Positions 10,213-20,002 of a DNA stretch of 64,000 nucleotides are shown here, in pieces. This DNA is from Spirochaetia bacterium (GTDB lineage Bacteria; Spirochaetota; Spirochaetia; SP-2023). Made by a program: the position numbers and the translations under genes. The notes beneath the pieces are model-generated. The model was given only the letters and a program-made list of their open reading frames with translations. It was not told the origin of the DNA and made no database searches. How positions within the stretch are numbered: the stretch's first letter is position 1; the number at the start of each line of letters is the position of its first letter. The stretch spans positions 128,001 to 192,000 of the forward strand of contig CBDDCK010000005.1 of NCBI GenBank assembly GCA_965225855.1, read 5' to 3'.

Positions 10213-10779
10213 TTGTTTATGCTTGGGTTCAGGAATTTTTTTGTAGTATTATTGACTATTTCTCCAATATATCTTTATGCCGATGGTTTGTCCGGCGATT
10301 TGGATTTAAGCAGCTTCAGTTTAGCTGGAATTGAAGTATTGTCGTTAGAAAAGCGGATTCGGGCTTTAAATTTTCGGCTTGAGACGTTGGACAAAGCAGA
10401 AGCTGTTGGATTATTTCACTATCGCAATAAAGTCCGAGTGATTAGTCTTTGGGCGTCTTGGTCGCTGCCATCTCGTGCGGCAATGCCGGGCATACAGTCG
10501 TTGTATGATGAATTGAAAGGACAAGGGTTGGTCTGGTTGGCCATTAATTCAGGGGAAGATCGAAGTATTGTAGAAAGTTATGTCCAAAAATATGATAAAT
10601 ATACTTTTCCGGTGTTGCTTGACCCAAAAAATTCTGTTATGCAACAATATAGTGCGCAGAGTTTACCTGCAACTTTGATCATCAATAAAAATGGTTATAT
10701 CGTTGCTTTGGCGGTGGGAAGTGTGGATTGGAGAAATAGAGCTGTTGTGGAAGGTTTCCAAAAGTTGTTAGCAGAATGA
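10213..10779 (+). CDS. TlpA/ResA-like thioredoxin-fold protein with CxxC replaced by SxxS
   Basis: WASWSLPSRAAMP, LAINSGED, FPVLLD and LPATLIINKNG fit TlpA; the ORF translation has no cysteine. Confidence 0.85.
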   Translation: MFMLGFRNFFVVLLTISPIYLYADGLSGDLDLSSFSLAGIEVLSLEKRIRALNFRLETLDKAEAVGLFHYRNKVRVISLWASWSLPSRAAMPGIQSLYDELKGQGLVWLAINSGEDRSIVESYVQKYDKYTFPVLLDPKNSVMQQYSAQSLPATLIINKNGYIVALAVGSVDWRNRAVVEGFQKLLAE

Positions 10780-12623
10780 GAAAGAACGATGATTGTATAA
10801 AATGGGATAATCCTGCCTGGGAATATTTTACTATCCAGAAATTACGTGGTCAAAACTTTGCTGGTGAATGGCCGACTATACCGGAATTTTTACAATATAC
10901 CATAGAGCATTTTCCCGATAACCCGGCTTTTACATCATTTAGTGATAGCAAACAAACTATTACTTATGGTAAATTGGGTCAATATGTAGAGTCTATTGCT
11001 AGGGCTTTGCAAAATCTCGGGCTGCAGTTCGGGGATAAAATTGCCATTATTGGTAAAAATAGTCCAGCTTGGGGTTTGGTATATTTAGCTAGTTTGTGTG
11101 CTGGTTGTGTGGTTGTACCACTTGATGTAAATCAGAGTACAGCCTTTCAGCAACATTTGCTCAAATTTGTGGAAGCAAAAGTTGTATTTCTCGATTGTGA
11201 ACTATCCCAAAAGTTTAGCGGTTCTTACCACAAATTTGTTTTGCAGAATTCTAGTAGTGGCACAAATATTTGGGATTTACTCGAACAATACAAAAAACAA
11301 TTGCATAGAGACTTGCGTGCCTTAGCTTCATTATCTTGTAATGATCTTGCAGCGTTATTGACTACTTCTGGTACCACAGGCAATGAGAAATTGGCGATGC
11401 TCACACACGCTAATTTTACCAGCAATGTGATTCAATCTGTTTACCCGGGATTACAACAAATTTTCGCTACCGATCGCTTTTATCTATTATTGCCGATGCA
11501 CCATTCTTATCCGATGACGGCGGTATTTTTAGAAAGTATTAGCCACGGTAGCGAAATTATTTTCCCGCGAGGCTTGGCTATACAACAAATTATACAGGAT
11601 TTAAAAGACGGTAGAGTTACGGTTTTTATGGGAATACCTCGGTTATTCAATAAAATTCTTCAAGGGGTACTGCAAAAAGTAAAAGTGCAAGGTCCTTTGA
11701 AAAATTTCATTTTCCATTCACTACTAAAAATATCCGATATTTTTGACCGTTTAGGTAAGCCAATCGGTTCTAAATTGTTTGCCAAAGTATTGCAAGCTAT
11801 GGGCTTTGAGCATATTCGCATATTGTTGTCTGGAGCTGGGGTATTGATGCCAGAAGTAGGGAAAAAATATCGGCAGTTGGGGTTGGATTTTATCCAAGGC
11901 TACGGTCTAACAGAAGCAGCACCTATTGTAACATTGAATCCAGCGGGAACGACAGAGCTTCGTTCTGTTGGCCGATTATTGCCTTTAGTAAGTGGGCGTT
12001 TGGAACAAATGCAGGAACAAACTGTTGAAGGCTATTCTGTGGGAGAGCTTTGTATTGATGGCCCGAACAAGATGCAGGGCTACTACAAAAATTTGAGGGC
12101 AACAGAAGAAATTTTTACCGAAGATGGTTGGTTGCGTACAGGTGATATGGGATATTTTGACTCGAAAGGGTATTTTTATATTACAGGACGCTGTAAAAAT
12201 GTAATTATAAATTCCAGTGGGAAAAATATTTATCCTGAAGAAATTGAAGAATTGTTCCAGCTGAATAGTATTTTTGAGCAGGTAATGGTGCGTGGTTATC
12301 AAGAGCAGGATACAGAAAAAGTTGAATTAGTGATTCATCCTAAATTGCTGGAATCAACACTTTCTGAGCTTTCTCAAATTGATCAAAAATCCTTGCTTAC
12401 AAATGAGAAAAATAAATTGGGTGAAATTTTTGATGAAATTATGCAGAAAAAAATACTTAGCAATGTAGCTGAAGTCAACAAAAAATTATTGGCGTACCAG
12501 AAAATTAGCCGAATTCGGCTAGTGCTCGTGCCTTTAGATATGACGACTACCCAAAAGATTAAGCGGTTTTTGGTTGAACAGCGTTTGGCCAAATATGACG
12601 ATGGGCTCATACTAGAATCTTAG
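10776..12623 (+). CDS. Long-chain fatty acid-CoA ligase (AMP-forming)
   Basis: TTSGTTGNEK, QGYGLTEAAP, GWLRTGDMG and ITGRCKNVIINSSGKNIYPEEIE; ATGA overlap with the upstream gene. Confidence 0.92.
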   Translation: MRKNDDCIKWDNPAWEYFTIQKLRGQNFAGEWPTIPEFLQYTIEHFPDNPAFTSFSDSKQTITYGKLGQYVESIARALQNLGLQFGDKIAIIGKNSPAWGLVYLASLCAGCVVVPLDVNQSTAFQQHLLKFVEAKVVFLDCELSQKFSGSYHKFVLQNSSSGTNIWDLLEQYKKQLHRDLRALASLSCNDLAALLTTSGTTGNEKLAMLTHANFTSNVIQSVYPGLQQIFATDRFYLLLPMHHSYPMTAVFLESISHGSEIIFPRGLAIQQIIQDLKDGRVTVFMGIPRLFNKILQGVLQKVKVQGPLKNFIFHSLLKISDIFDRLGKPIGSKLFAKVLQAMGFEHIRILLSGAGVLMPEVGKKYRQLGLDFIQGYGLTEAAPIVTLNPAGTTELRSVGRLLPLVSGRLEQMQEQTVEGYSVGELCIDGPNKMQGYYKNLRATEEIFTEDGWLRTGDMGYFDSKGYFYITGRCKNVIINSSGKNIYPEEIEELFQLNSIFEQVMVRGYQEQDTEKVELVIHPKLLESTLSELSQIDQKSLLTNEKNKLGEIFDEIMQKKILSNVAEVNKKLLAYQKISRIRLVLVPLDMTTTQKIKRFLVEQRLAKYDDGLILES

Positions 12624-12667
12624 CTTATTATATGATTAATCCTTATTTTATCATGTGAGGAGTTTTT

Positions 12668-13528
12668 ATGAAAGTATTGTTACTTGGTTGCGGTAATATG
12701 GGTGGGGCAATGTTGCAAGCTTGCTTGCCTTTGCTGGAAAATATTTGGCAGGAAGTTTGGGTTTTGCGTATGGCTGAAAATCAGCGGCGGAAACTGGAAA
12801 GGCATTCAGATTATAGTCATCTGGCCTCTAAAATACATTTGGCTTCGACTTTTATTGAATTAGATGCCACGGAGCAGCAATTTGACCTAATTATACTAGG
12901 TATGAAACCACAAATTATTCGCGAGCAAATGGAAAATTGTATATTATTTGACAATAATAGTTTGTGGTTTACCATGGCAGCTGGCCTACCGCTTTCTTGG
13001 TATAAAAAATATAAGCCTAACTTGCGCATATTGAGAATTATGCCAAATTTAGGGGCCCAAGTTGGCCAAGGTGCAAATCTGTTTTATAAAGAGCCAACGC
13101 TAACATTGAATTTGACAGAACAGCTTTCGATTGAGCAGTTGACACAGAATATAGGTGTATCGGTTTGGTGCGATAAGGAAACACAATTGGATAATGCCAC
13201 AGTGGTAACGGGTTCAGGACCAGCATATTTTTACTTACTAACTGAGGCGTTGCAGCTTGAATTAGAAAAGCAAGGTTTTTCACTCAAGCAAGCCAGCACT
13301 TTGGCAGAGGCATCATTTTTGGGTGCTGCAGCTTATTTGGCGGATATGCAAGAATTTGATCAACCTAACTTGGCAGGCCATTTGCGTGAGGCTGTTACCA
13401 GTAAAGCTGGAATAACCGAAGCTGCTTTGTCAGTACTAAGTCCGCAATTAATGGCAAGCTTTGCCGAGGCTGTGGTTTGCGGTATTGAACGTAATGAGGA
13501 ATTGTATACCCAATTGGCCTTAGGATAA
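12668..13528 (+). CDS. proC: Pyrroline-5-carboxylate reductase
   Basis: GCGNMGGAM, MKPQ, RIMPN, GSGPAYF, VTSKAGITEAAL. Confidence 0.93.
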   Translation: MKVLLLGCGNMGGAMLQACLPLLENIWQEVWVLRMAENQRRKLERHSDYSHLASKIHLASTFIELDATEQQFDLIILGMKPQIIREQMENCILFDNNSLWFTMAAGLPLSWYKKYKPNLRILRIMPNLGAQVGQGANLFYKEPTLTLNLTEQLSIEQLTQNIGVSVWCDKETQLDNATVVTGSGPAYFYLLTEALQLELEKQGFSLKQASTLAEASFLGAAAYLADMQEFDQPNLAGHLREAVTSKAGITEAALSVLSPQLMASFAEAVVCGIERNEELYTQLALG

Positions 13529-13549
13529 AGTAGAAATAATGATAGAGCA

Positions 13550-14749
13550 ATGACTATTGTAGTAAAAGTTGGTAGTCAATCGCTGTTGCAAGCTACTGGT
13601 AAGCTTGATTGTAATCTTATGGCAGAGCTAGTGCGACAAATTGCTATACTAAAACGCCAAGGCCATACAGTATATTTTATTAGTTCTGGTGCGGTGGCTG
13701 CGGGCCGCGGTATTTGGCAAAATCCTCAAAAGTTAAGTGAGACAGCATCACGCCAAATTTTTGCCGGTTTAGGCCAAGTAGAATTGATGCAAATTTATAG
13801 GCAACTTGCGGCCGAACATCAGCTTCATGCTGTCCAATTATTACTGACAAAAATGGATTTTATTAGCCGTAGTCATTATTTAAATGTGGAACGGTTACTG
13901 CTAAGTTTGCAAGATTTTCCTAAATTGTTGCCTGTGATCAATGAAAACGACAGTGTTGCCGTTGAAGAATTATTATTTACCGATAATGATCAGTTGGCTG
14001 GAGTTCTTTCGCAGCAAATGGAGGCACACTTATTGTTATTGCTTACGGAAGCGCAAGGCATTTATGATAAAAATCCGCATGAAGATGGGGCAGAATTATT
14101 TACACTACTGGGCCCTGATAGTGGGGTTGCTTGGCCTAAAATTGAAGGGAAAAGCCATAGCGGGCGAGGGGGTATTTCGAGCAAGTTAGAGACGGCCCGT
14201 AAAATGAGCCGAGTGGGTTTGCTTACCAGCATTGCTTCTGCCCGTCAAGCAGAAATTATTTTGCGAGTGGTTGCCGCAGCAGAGCATTTTATAGTAATGC
14301 AGAACAACGCCAATCTTCAAGCTGAATTTCAAATCAAAGAAGCACGACAAAAATGGCGCGAAGCATGGGTTGCCCAGCCAGAGCTTGGTACTATGATTTT
14401 ACCTTCTTGTGAAACCCAAATGCCAGAAACGAAAAAAAATTTACGGGGAGTTCGCAAATGGCTCTCTGCTAGAAATTTGGCTGCAGGCCATGCTCGTATT
14501 ATCGTCAATGAAGGATTGGCTCAAAAATTAAAAAGTGGCAGCCAAGCGATTAGTATCTTGCCTGTTGGTATTGTTTCCTATGAAGGGGAATTTTCTAAAG
14601 GGGATTTAATTGATATTTACTCTTTAGAGCAATCAATAAAGCTTGGAATTGGCCTAGCTCGTTACGGCCATCTACAATTGAAAAAAGTTATGTCCCAAAA
14701 AAATCAGGCGATTTTTATCCATTACAATTATCTCCACATTGAAAAATGA
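13550..14749 (+). CDS. proB: Glutamate 5-kinase with PUA domain
   Basis: IVVKVGS, SSGAVAAG, PVINENDSV, FTDNDQLA, GRGGISSKL; C-terminal PUA-like ILPVGI...GEFSKGD. Confidence 0.95.
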   Translation: MTIVVKVGSQSLLQATGKLDCNLMAELVRQIAILKRQGHTVYFISSGAVAAGRGIWQNPQKLSETASRQIFAGLGQVELMQIYRQLAAEHQLHAVQLLLTKMDFISRSHYLNVERLLLSLQDFPKLLPVINENDSVAVEELLFTDNDQLAGVLSQQMEAHLLLLLTEAQGIYDKNPHEDGAELFTLLGPDSGVAWPKIEGKSHSGRGGISSKLETARKMSRVGLLTSIASARQAEIILRVVAAAEHFIVMQNNANLQAEFQIKEARQKWREAWVAQPELGTMILPSCETQMPETKKNLRGVRKWLSARNLAAGHARIIVNEGLAQKLKSGSQAISILPVGIVSYEGEFSKGDLIDIYSLEQSIKLGIGLARYGHLQLKKVMSQKNQAIFIHYNYLHIEK

Positions 14750-14772
14750 GCAATAGAAGCGTTGCAAGAAGC

Positions 14773-15672
14773 TCAAACAAAGCCGTGTTCAGACATGGAA
14801 AAATAGTCTGTTTCAGAAAAGATAATATGATCGAATAGTTTGATTCCCAGTATTTTTGCGACTTCTTGCAAACGTTTGGTGCTTTTTAAATCTTCGGTAC
14901 TGGGTTCTAAATGCCCGCTTGGGTGGTTGTGTGCGATAATAACGCTATTGGCTTGTTCGCGTACAGCATGTGTAAACACTTCCCTAGGGTGCAACAAACT
15001 GCGGTTTACCGTGCCTCGTGTGATGAGCCGAATAGACAAAGCTTCACATGCACCATTGAGATTTAAAGCAATTAAGTTTTCTTGCTGATCGGCAAAGTGG
15101 ACAATTTGCCGGTAAATTGCTTCCGGAGTATTCAATTGTTTGGTGGTAGGGGCGGGCAAACGCCTAGCAAATTCCATTGCAGCCAGTATACAGGTGCTTT
15201 TGCCAAGTCCCATTCCTTTGATGCTTTGTAGGGTTTCCAAATTGGTGGCAAAAGGTTCTTTTAGTAATACGGGCAAAACTTTTGCCGCTAACTGCTCTAC
15301 CGATTGTTCACTGTTGCCGCTACCGAGTAAAAGGCAGAACAATTCAAAGTTACTCAAGCTTGCCACACCTTGTGCTTGTAGCTTTTCACGCGGTTTGAGA
15401 GGGCCTGTTTCAAGCCATTCATCATATTTATAGCCTTCAGCGGCCCATTTTTCTGGTATTTTTTGCTGTTGTTGCTCTTTTGCTTGTGGCGGGAGGCTTG
15501 ATGCGGGTGCTTCAGAGGTAGATTCTAACTGCTGCGCTAAAGGCTTTTGCCTACTCAAATAGCTAGAATCAGCCTTTATAGCAGGGCTTCTTTGTCTTTT
15601 TTTTTGCTCTTCGGCAAGTCGTGCCGCTTCTAGTTCATTGTACAGGGATTTTATTTGATCTAACATATCCAC
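14773..15672 (-). CDS. radC: RadC family JAB-domain protein with N-terminal extension
   Basis: PREKL..GVASLS, HPREVF, IIAHNHPSG, LFDHII. Confidence 0.93.
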   Translation of the reverse strand: MDMLDQIKSLYNELEAARLAEEQKKRQRSPAIKADSSYLSRQKPLAQQLESTSEAPASSLPPQAKEQQQQKIPEKWAAEGYKYDEWLETGPLKPREKLQAQGVASLSNFELFCLLLGSGNSEQSVEQLAAKVLPVLLKEPFATNLETLQSIKGMGLGKSTCILAAMEFARRLPAPTTKQLNTPEAIYRQIVHFADQQENLIALNLNGACEALSIRLITRGTVNRSLLHPREVFTHAVREQANSVIIAHNHPSGHLEPSTEDLKSTKRLQEVAKILGIKLFDHIIFSETDYFSMSEHGFV

Positions 15673-15949
15673 TGTATAAAAGGCAAAAAATTATTTTTAA
15701 GTACTATCGTAAGGACATGCTCACTGCTAAAATTTTTTGCTAGTGCTACAACCCCAAAGGCCACACGCAAAAACACAATAGGTAATTCCATAGCTATGGA
15801 TTGTACAAGTCGATAACTATGGACTAGGTCGGTCCATAATTATCGACTAGGTTGTTTCTGAATATTCAATACAGTGCAACCCACTACCCGCTTGGTAGTG
15901 AATTACTAGCCATATTTGCCCCACAAAAAAAGTCAAGCAAGGCTTGGGC

Positions 15950-16477
15950 TTACATCAATTTAAGCAAGCCCAAGATACCAATAACTAGGCCAATGCCTGT
16001 TCCTATAAACCATTGCAACATCAAAAACCTTTTATCCACTTGTTCAAAGCGTTTGTCCATGTTTTGTTGCATAGCTTCAAAGCGTTTGTCCATGTTTTGT
16101 TGCATAGCTTCAAAGCGTTTGTCCATGTTTTGTTGCATAGCTTCAAAGCGTTTATCGATACTTTGCTGCATAGCTTCAAAGCGCTTGTCGACTTGTTCAA
16201 AGCGCTTGTCCATTTGCTGCATAAAGGTTTTAAGCACTTCTTGGTTTTGTTGCAGTAGCTCCCTTTGGTGCTTAAGCTCTTCTTCCACACGCACCATGCG
16301 TTCTAGTAGTTCAGGCCCATAATTGGGCCTTTCGACTTTGGCGGGTGCTGGCAATGGTTGCTGCGCCAATTGTTCTTTTAGTTGGCGCTGCACTTCCTTA
16401 GCTAAATTTTCTTTTAGTAGGTTTTCGATTAGGTCTTGTATCAAAGCTTGGTCATGGTGTTCGGCTAAATTATTCAC
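15950..16477 (-). CDS. Coiled-coil repeat protein with C-terminal membrane anchor (Bdr/DUF1640-like); 11-aa repeats MQQNMDKRFEA
   Basis: 33-bp tandem repeats at about 16030-16220; C-terminal WFIGTGIGLVIGILGLLKLM. GTG at 16477 chosen as start because a promoter-like motif lies just upstream. Confidence 0.75.
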   Translation of the reverse strand: MNNLAEHHDQALIQDLIENLLKENLAKEVQRQLKEQLAQQPLPAPAKVERPNYGPELLERMVRVEEELKHQRELLQQNQEVLKTFMQQMDKRFEQVDKRFEAMQQSIDKRFEAMQQNMDKRFEAMQQNMDKRFEAMQQNMDKRFEQVDKRFLMLQWFIGTGIGLVIGILGLLKLM

Positions 16478-16718
16478 TACCCCAATATACCCTAAAGTAT
16501 AAGTAAAGCCAAGTGCTTGACCTAAACTTTTTGGTAAAAAGTCAAGCAATAGTTTGGTTGTACCAAGCCCCACCAAAAGGCAAATAAAGTAGTCGATCGT
16601 AAAAACTAGATTATCATAAGCAAAACTATTCTACTACCAAGCGAGTAGTGGGTTACTAGCCATAGTACCCACCCAAAAGGCAAGCAAGGCTTGGCCAAAG
16701 TTTATCTTGTTACAAAAA

Positions 16719-16957
16719 TCTCTTGTTAGGCATTAAGAAATTCTGTTGTTGGGCATTAAGAGACTCTCTTATTAGGTATTAAGAAATTCTCTTTTTATGC
16801 ATTAAGAGACTCTCTTGTTGGTTATTAAGAAACTCTGTTGTTAGGTATTAAGAGACTCTGTTGTTGGGCATTAAGAGACTCTGTTGTTGGGTATTAAGAA
16901 ACTCTGTTGTTGGGTATTAAGAAATTCTCTTATTAAGCATTAAGAGACTCTCTTAAT
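16719..16957. repeat. About ten tandem 23-bp units (ATTAAGAGACTCTGTTGTTGGGC-type)
   Basis: ATTAAG recurs at 16732, 16755, 16778, 16801, 16824, 16847, 16870, 16893, 16916 and 16939. Confidence 0.95.
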
Positions 16958-16989
16958 TTTTATGGCAACGTTTTAGCTTGGTGGTTTTG

Positions 16990-17016
16990 GCCTTGGTATG
17001 TTCTCCATACCAAGGC
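16990..17016 (-). terminator. Hairpin downstream of lipoprotein paralog 1
   Basis: GCCTTGGTATG-ttctc-CATACCAAGGC; a homologous hairpin follows paralog 3. Confidence 0.6.
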
Positions 17017-17070
17017 TGTAATTGATAAAAGCAGCCTTGATAAGAAAACTTACCAAGGCTGAACCAAACC

Positions 17071-19428
17071 CTACTCAACAACTCCTATAACTTCAATAGC
17101 ATTGGTTGGGTCTGCTGAAACACCCATTACAAATCCTGCTGCTACTTTAAGGTTGTATGCACCAGTATCATCACTTTTACCATTCTTAACCAATATCTTA
17201 TCAGCTTCCGCTTTTACACTACCGCTTAAAGTAATTATTAAGACGCTGATAGATGCCCTAAAACCTGTGGCTGTGTTTTCACCTGTAGTTGAGTGCTGGG
17301 GTAATGTGTAGCTCTTACTACCATCACCGGATACAAGCGTCAATTTGCTAAAGTCCCACTCTGCAAATGTTGACGGTAAATTGTCACCGAAAATACGTAA
17401 CAAGCCGTTATTAGCAGAGTAGTATGCGTCATCGATTCTGACTACATACCCACTAACGGTAATAGGGTTATTGCTTGTGTCTTCAGCCCTACCACCGGCA
17501 AATCCTGCTGCTGCTTCCAGGTTGTATGCACCATTATCATCACTTTGACCATTCTTAAACAATATATCTATGGCTTTCGTGTGTTCACTACCCTTTAAAG
17601 TAATCGTTAAGCTTGTTGCACTTGCTGCAGAACCTGTGGCTCTGTTTCTACCGGTTGGGTTGTGCCCTAATAATGGTTGACTCTTACGACCATTACCTGC
17701 GACAAGCCTCAATTTGGTGAAGTCCCAGCCTGTAACTGCTTTTGGTAAATTGACACCTGTAATCACTAACACACTTGTAGCAGCATTGTAGGTTGCACGG
17801 GTAATTGCGGGTGCGGGGTTTCCACTAACGGCCAAGGCTTTGGCTGTATCTAAACCCGCCCAACTACCAGTGCCAACGCTAAGTAACCCATCTTTTAGAC
17901 CATTGCTATCCATACCTGTCTTGCCATTCAGAGTAGCTTTATGTTGATCGGTAAGGTAAAGCCAAAACGCTGTGCCATCGTTTTTCATACGGTACTTACC
18001 TTTTGCAAGACCGCGACTATCTGGCCCAGTGGCATCGTCATCTGCAGTATAGGAACTTAAGGCTAGGCCATCTACCGTAATGGTTTGGATTTGCGCTTGG
18101 GTCGCACTACCTAAGTCAGTACCTTGTACGGTTAGCAGCGCCGTGCCAACATTGTAAGTTGCACTGGTAATTGCGGGTGCGGGGTTTCCACTAACGGCCA
18201 AGGCTTTGGCTGTATTTAAACCCGCCCAAGCACCAGTGCCAACGCTGAGCAACCCATCTTTTAGACCATTGCTATCCATACCTGTTTTGCCATTCAGAGT
18301 AGCTTTATGTTGATCGGTAAGTTTTAGCCAAAGCGCTGTGCCAGCGCTATGCAGGCGGTACTTACCTTTTGCAAGACCGCGACTATCTGCCCCAGTGGCT
18401 GTGGCATCTGCAGTATAGGAACTTAAGGCTAAGCCATCTACCGTAATGGTTTGGATTTGGGCTTGGGTCGCAGTTGTAGCACTTAAGTTAGAACCTTGTA
18501 AAGTTAACAGCGCCGTGCCAACATGGTAGGTTGCACTGGTAATTGCAGCTTCGGGGTTTCCACTAACGGCCAAGTCTTTGGCTGTATCTAAACCCGCCCA
18601 ACTACCAGTGCCAACGCTAAGCAACCCATCTTTTAGACCATCGTTAGCCATACCGGGCTTGGCCTGAAGAGTAGCTTTATGTGGATCGGTAAGTCTAAGC
18701 CAAAGCGCTGTGCCATCGCTTTTCATGCGGTACTTACCTTTTGCCAGACCACGACTATCTGGCCCAGTGGCTGTGCCATCTGCAGTATAGGAACTGAAGA
18801 CTAGGTCATATACTTTGATAGTTTGGATTTGGGCTTGGGTCGCAGTTGTAGCACTTAAGTGAGTACCTTGCAAGGTTAACAGCGCCGTGCCAACATGGTA
18901 GGTTGCACGGGTAATTGCAGCTTGTTCGACTTGTTCAGCTTCAGTTTGCTTAGATGGCTTATCGGGTATATTCCTAACGTCCAAGTCTTTGGCTGTATTT
19001 AAACCCGCCCAACTACCAGTGCCAACGCTAAGCAACCCTTTTTTTAGACCATTGCTACCCACCTTGGCCTCAAGAACAGCTTTATGTTGATTGGTAAGTT
19101 TCAGCCAAAGCGCTGTGCCATCGTTTGCAATACGGTACTTACCTTGTTCAAGACCGTTACTATTTACCCCAGTGGGTTTAGCATCTGCAGTATAGGAACT
19201 TAAGGCTACGCCATCTACTACGATGGTTTGGATTTGCGCTTCTGTAGGACTTAAGTCAGTACCTTGTACGGTTAACAGAGCCGTAGCAAAGTCGTAGATG
19301 GCCTTATTGATAGTCGGCCCAGAAGATGGCACACCATTGTCATCGTTGTCATCGGGTGGGGCGCAGGCCAAGGCCATAAAGGCCAGTAGCCAGGCTACAG
19401 GCAATAAAAATAGTTTGTGCTTATACAT
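17071..19428 (-). CDS. Modular surface lipoprotein, paralog 1 (4 A modules + 2 B modules)
   Basis: GGAGG RBS; signal peptide MYKHKLFLLPVAWLLAFMALA-C; four ~122-aa A repeats (ATYxVGTALLT...GTALWL...WAGL) then two B repeats (WDFSKL...AYNLEAAAGF). Confidence 0.88.
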   Translation of the reverse strand: MYKHKLFLLPVAWLLAFMALACAPPDDNDDNGVPSSGPTINKAIYDFATALLTVQGTDLSPTEAQIQTIVVDGVALSSYTADAKPTGVNSNGLEQGKYRIANDGTALWLKLTNQHKAVLEAKVGSNGLKKGLLSVGTGSWAGLNTAKDLDVRNIPDKPSKQTEAEQVEQAAITRATYHVGTALLTLQGTHLSATTATQAQIQTIKVYDLVFSSYTADGTATGPDSRGLAKGKYRMKSDGTALWLRLTDPHKATLQAKPGMANDGLKDGLLSVGTGSWAGLDTAKDLAVSGNPEAAITSATYHVGTALLTLQGSNLSATTATQAQIQTITVDGLALSSYTADATATGADSRGLAKGKYRLHSAGTALWLKLTDQHKATLNGKTGMDSNGLKDGLLSVGTGAWAGLNTAKALAVSGNPAPAITSATYNVGTALLTVQGTDLGSATQAQIQTITVDGLALSSYTADDDATGPDSRGLAKGKYRMKNDGTAFWLYLTDQHKATLNGKTGMDSNGLKDGLLSVGTGSWAGLDTAKALAVSGNPAPAITRATYNAATSVLVITGVNLPKAVTGWDFTKLRLVAGNGRKSQPLLGHNPTGRNRATGSAASATSLTITLKGSEHTKAIDILFKNGQSDDNGAYNLEAAAGFAGGRAEDTSNNPITVSGYVVRIDDAYYSANNGLLRIFGDNLPSTFAEWDFSKLTLVSGDGSKSYTLPQHSTTGENTATGFRASISVLIITLSGSVKAEADKILVKNGKSDDTGAYNLKVAAGFVMGVSADPTNAIEVIGVVE

Positions 19429-19492
19429 AAGCAATACCTCCAACAAATGGATAAAGATTAGCCAACCCATACGGGCTAGTGTACAGCGCCCC

Positions 19493-19585
19493 ATTTTGCT
19501 AGGGGGGGTGTTGCGTCAAGGCCTATATAAGCTTTTTGTAAGTTTTTTTGTGCTTTTTTATGTTTTGGGCACTTTTTTTGTGTGT
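19493..19585 (-). promoter_or_regulatory. Shared lipoprotein promoter: phased A-tracts, TTGACG, C7 tract, CAAAAT
   Basis: Near-identical to 30588-30680 and 44645-44735; G7 on the plus strand at 19502-19508. Confidence 0.6.
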
Positions 19586-19647
19586 TAGTGTTGTTTAGTG
19601 TTGTAAGGTGGTTCAAAATCCATGCCAATCAAAAGGCTTAAGGGTGT

Positions 19648-19690
19648 TGGCCTTTGTTTGGCCTTTGTTTGGCCTTTGTTTGGCCTTTGG
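19648..19690. repeat. 11-bp tandem repeat (TTGGCCTTTGT), about 4 copies
   Basis: Directly visible. Confidence 0.9.
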
Positions 19691-19691
19691 G

Positions 19692-19852
19692 GGGTGGCAA
19701 AGTGTAGAATTGAATAAAATACTTGATTACACCTCAATTACACTATGGGGCAATCTCCAAAAGGTGAAACATTTAATGAAAATGAAAACGCTATATTATT
19801 CTTTCAGGGGCGTTCAGAATTTGGCCAACGATTGCCGATGATTGTTGTATAG
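19692..19852 (+). pseudogene. Fragment of a type I R-M specificity subunit (HsdS TRD start)
   Basis: Translates GWQSVELNKILDYTSIT, then after a frameshift MGQSPKGETFNENENAILFFQGRSEFGQRLP, resembling the HsdS MGQSP...FFQG..EFG motif. Confidence 0.65.
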
Positions 19853-19903
19853 GTCGTGAATTATGTGCCGATGTAGAAAATTTCATTAAAGACTAGGGTA
19901 TCA

Positions 19904-20002
19904 ATAGGTGCGAGGTAATTCTATTGATAGAATTAGGTAGATTCTATTATATAGGTGCGAGGTAATTCTATTGATAGATTTAGGTCAATTCTATTATATA
20001 GG
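19904..20002. repeat. 47-bp duplication made of ~23-24 bp subunits containing the palindrome AATTCTAT-N2-ATAGAATT
   Basis: ATAGGTGCGAGGTAATTCTATTGATAGA at 19904 and 19951. Confidence 0.85.

Noticed and set aside
15809..15847. Inverted repeat GTCGATAACTATGGAC...GTCCATAATTATCGAC as a mobile-element end
   Set aside because: Single occurrence; adequately explained as a terminator or operator hairpin downstream of the Bdr-like gene.
15852..16322. Antisense and alternate-frame ORFs over repetitive genes (also 1234-1647, 29759-30104, 45256-45492)
   Set aside because: Shadows of low-complexity coding repeats on the opposite strand or in other frames.
16719..16957. CRISPR array (also considered for 4019-4150)
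   Set aside because: No unique spacers, periods too short, and no cas genes in the window.
19845..19875. Degenerate terminal repeat near paralog 1 (AGGTCGTGAATTATGTGCC)
   Set aside because: Only a loose match with no partner end, so paralog 1 cannot be shown to be cassette-bound.
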